Positions 37,526 through 38,586 of a stretch of 38,586 nt of DNA are shown one piece after another. The DNA is from Candidatus Zixiibacteriota bacterium (GTDB taxonomy: Bacteria > Zixibacteria > MSB-5A5 > WJJR01 > JAJRUJ01). The stretch lies in the NCBI GenBank assembly GCA_024277855.1, contig JAJRUJ010000021.1:1-38586 (forward strand), given 5' to 3'. Under the pieces are notes generated by a model. It saw nothing but the letters and a program-made list of their open reading frames with translations, was not told where the DNA came from and ran no database searches. Numbering within the stretch: position 1 is the stretch's first letter; the number at the start of each line of letters is the position of its first letter. The position numbers and the translations under genes are program-made.

Positions 37526-38320
37526 ATGAAAAAGACAAAACGAGTTTTGTTGCTGAGTCTGGTCCTGGCCGCCGGAGTACTCTGTGTTCACGGGTGCGGT
37601 AATGGAGATGAGATCGATTCTTTCACCCGGATGACGAAATCGGGTGTCTTTCGGATCGGTACCGATGCGACCTATCCCCCGTTTGAGACAGTCGATACCA
37701 AGACCGGCAAGGTGGCTGGTTTCGACATCGACCTGATGCGGGCGATCTGTGCGAAATATGAACTCAAGCCGGAGTTTATAATCACCCCGTTTGACGGGAT
37801 CGTTCCGGGTTTGACAACCAACAAATATGACGCGGTCATTTCGGCCTTTACGATCACGCCCCAGCGAGCGCGGCGGGTGATGTTTTCCGAACCGTATTAC
37901 GATGCGGGTCAACGGATTGCTGTCGCGCTGGATGATACGACCATTACCGGACTTGATGATTTGAAAGGCAAGCGGCTCGGAGTACAGTTGGGGACCACCG
38001 GCGAGCGGATGGCTCAGCGGATCAGCGGGGCGGAGATTTTCAGTTTTGAGAATATTGGCGCGGCCTTCCTCGACATGGAAAACGGCCGTTTGGATGCGGT
38101 GATCAATGACGAGCCAACCTCCCGGATGATTATTTTCAAGCGCAAATCGGCCAAGCTGGTCGGCGAGCGGTTGTCCAAAGAACAGTATGGTATCGCAGTG
38201 CGTAAGACCGATTCGACCCTGATTGCCAAGATCAACCGTGCCCTAACCCTTTTGCGCAAAGACGGCGTCCTCGATTCGCTGCAAAATAAGTGGTTTGGAA
38301 TGCTGGCAGGGGAAAACTAA
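37526..38320 (+). CDS. Polar amino-acid ABC transporter substrate-binding lipoprotein (SBP_bac_3 family, Gln/His-binding type)
   Basis: Family-3 SBP sequence (FRIGTDATYPPFE, GFDIDLMRAICAK, VISAFTITPQRA). Lipoprotein signal MKKTKRVLLLSLVLAAGVLCVHGC. The table start is a TTG at 37517, with an ATG at 37526. Confidence 0.8.
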   Translation: MKKTKRVLLLSLVLAAGVLCVHGCGNGDEIDSFTRMTKSGVFRIGTDATYPPFETVDTKTGKVAGFDIDLMRAICAKYELKPEFIITPFDGIVPGLTTNKYDAVISAFTITPQRARRVMFSEPYYDAGQRIAVALDDTTITGLDDLKGKRLGVQLGTTGERMAQRISGAEIFSFENIGAAFLDMENGRLDAVINDEPTSRMIIFKRKSAKLVGERLSKEQYGIAVRKTDSTLIAKINRALTLLRKDGVLDSLQNKWFGMLAGEN

Positions 38321-38515
38321 TTCTCTTTGTTTGGGTACCCCACCGCTTGCGGTGGAATTGCAGAAATTATAGAATCAATATTCTGAAATCGCACCTGTTA
38401 GGTGCGGTACCGGTGTAATTTTTTGGGCCGTTTCGCAAGTTATGGAGAGGTGGTTGCGGAATTTCGGACAGTTCGTTAAGGTGGAATTGAGACGTTTTTG
38501 AGAGGATGTAGAAGA

Positions 38516-38586
38516 TGAGAAAACGACGTAACTTTTCCGCTGAATTCAAAGCGCGTGTTGCGCTCGAGGCGCTGTCCGGGGCGCAC
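38516..38586 (+). mobile_element. 5' end of an IS3-family transposase orfA (MRKRRNFSAEFKARVALEALSGA...), truncated by the window end
   Basis: The N-terminal 23 aa match the highly conserved HTH N-terminus of IS3/IS911-type OrfA proteins (RRxFSxEFKxxxV). Preceded by hairpins at 38340-38355 and 38391-38405. Confidence 0.55.

Noticed and set aside
38367-38549. 60-aa minus-strand ORF at the window end
   Set aside because: It overlaps the IS3 orfA start on the opposite strand and has no RBS and no recognisable features

Overview
This is a high-GC (about 58-60%) bacterial chromosomal segment, probably from an FCB-group or candidate-phylum genome. The evidence for that is a T9SS-type C-terminal sorting domain on a subtilisin, a tandem pair of GWxTD-domain proteins, Rex, and a membrane H+-pyrophosphatase. 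Many genes have strong Shine-Dalgarno motifs and GTG/TTG start codons.

The supplied ORF table omits ORFs cut by the window edges. I found a 481-codon partial minus-strand CDS at 1..1445 and a partial IS3-type transposase at the 3' end.

Gene content, left to right:
(1) A minus-strand operon: STAS antagonist, RsbW-like kinase, 7TM-GAF-PP2C phosphatase, NudC-like NUDIX, Omp85-like outer membrane protein. It lies divergent from rex.
(2) rex, with a near-consensus Rex operator over its own promoter.
(3) A small secreted protein, then a 530-bp noncoding gap carrying repeat modules.
(4) tRNA-Gln(CTG) on the minus strand.
(5) A long minus-strand operon: TolC, HlyD, ABC ATPase, two MacB/FtsX-type permeases, two paralogous GWxTD proteins, a small coiled-coil protein. 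It is preceded by Yip1 and hppA.
(6) An LRR/FN3 lipoprotein.
(7) tRNA-Gly(TCC), then gyrA with a clear rho-independent terminator.
(8) A convergent intergenic region of stacked GC hairpins.
(9) An S8 peptidase with a T9SS-like C-terminal domain.
(10) A polar-amino-acid ABC ATPase and permease, whose substrate-binding protein lies 7 kb away.
(11) A VIT-VWA secreted protein.
(12) A structured intergenic region with a 3 x 18-bp palindromic tandem array and competing helices.
(13) pcm, flotillin, PspC and a LiaF/toastrack-like protein.
(14) The start of an IS3-family orfA.

The most unusual content is the co-oriented efflux pump plus GWxTD pair, the partner-switching-NudC-Omp85 operon beside rex, and a modular family of intergenic repeats. 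The repeat family includes a perfectly duplicated 30-mer containing a 16-bp palindrome.
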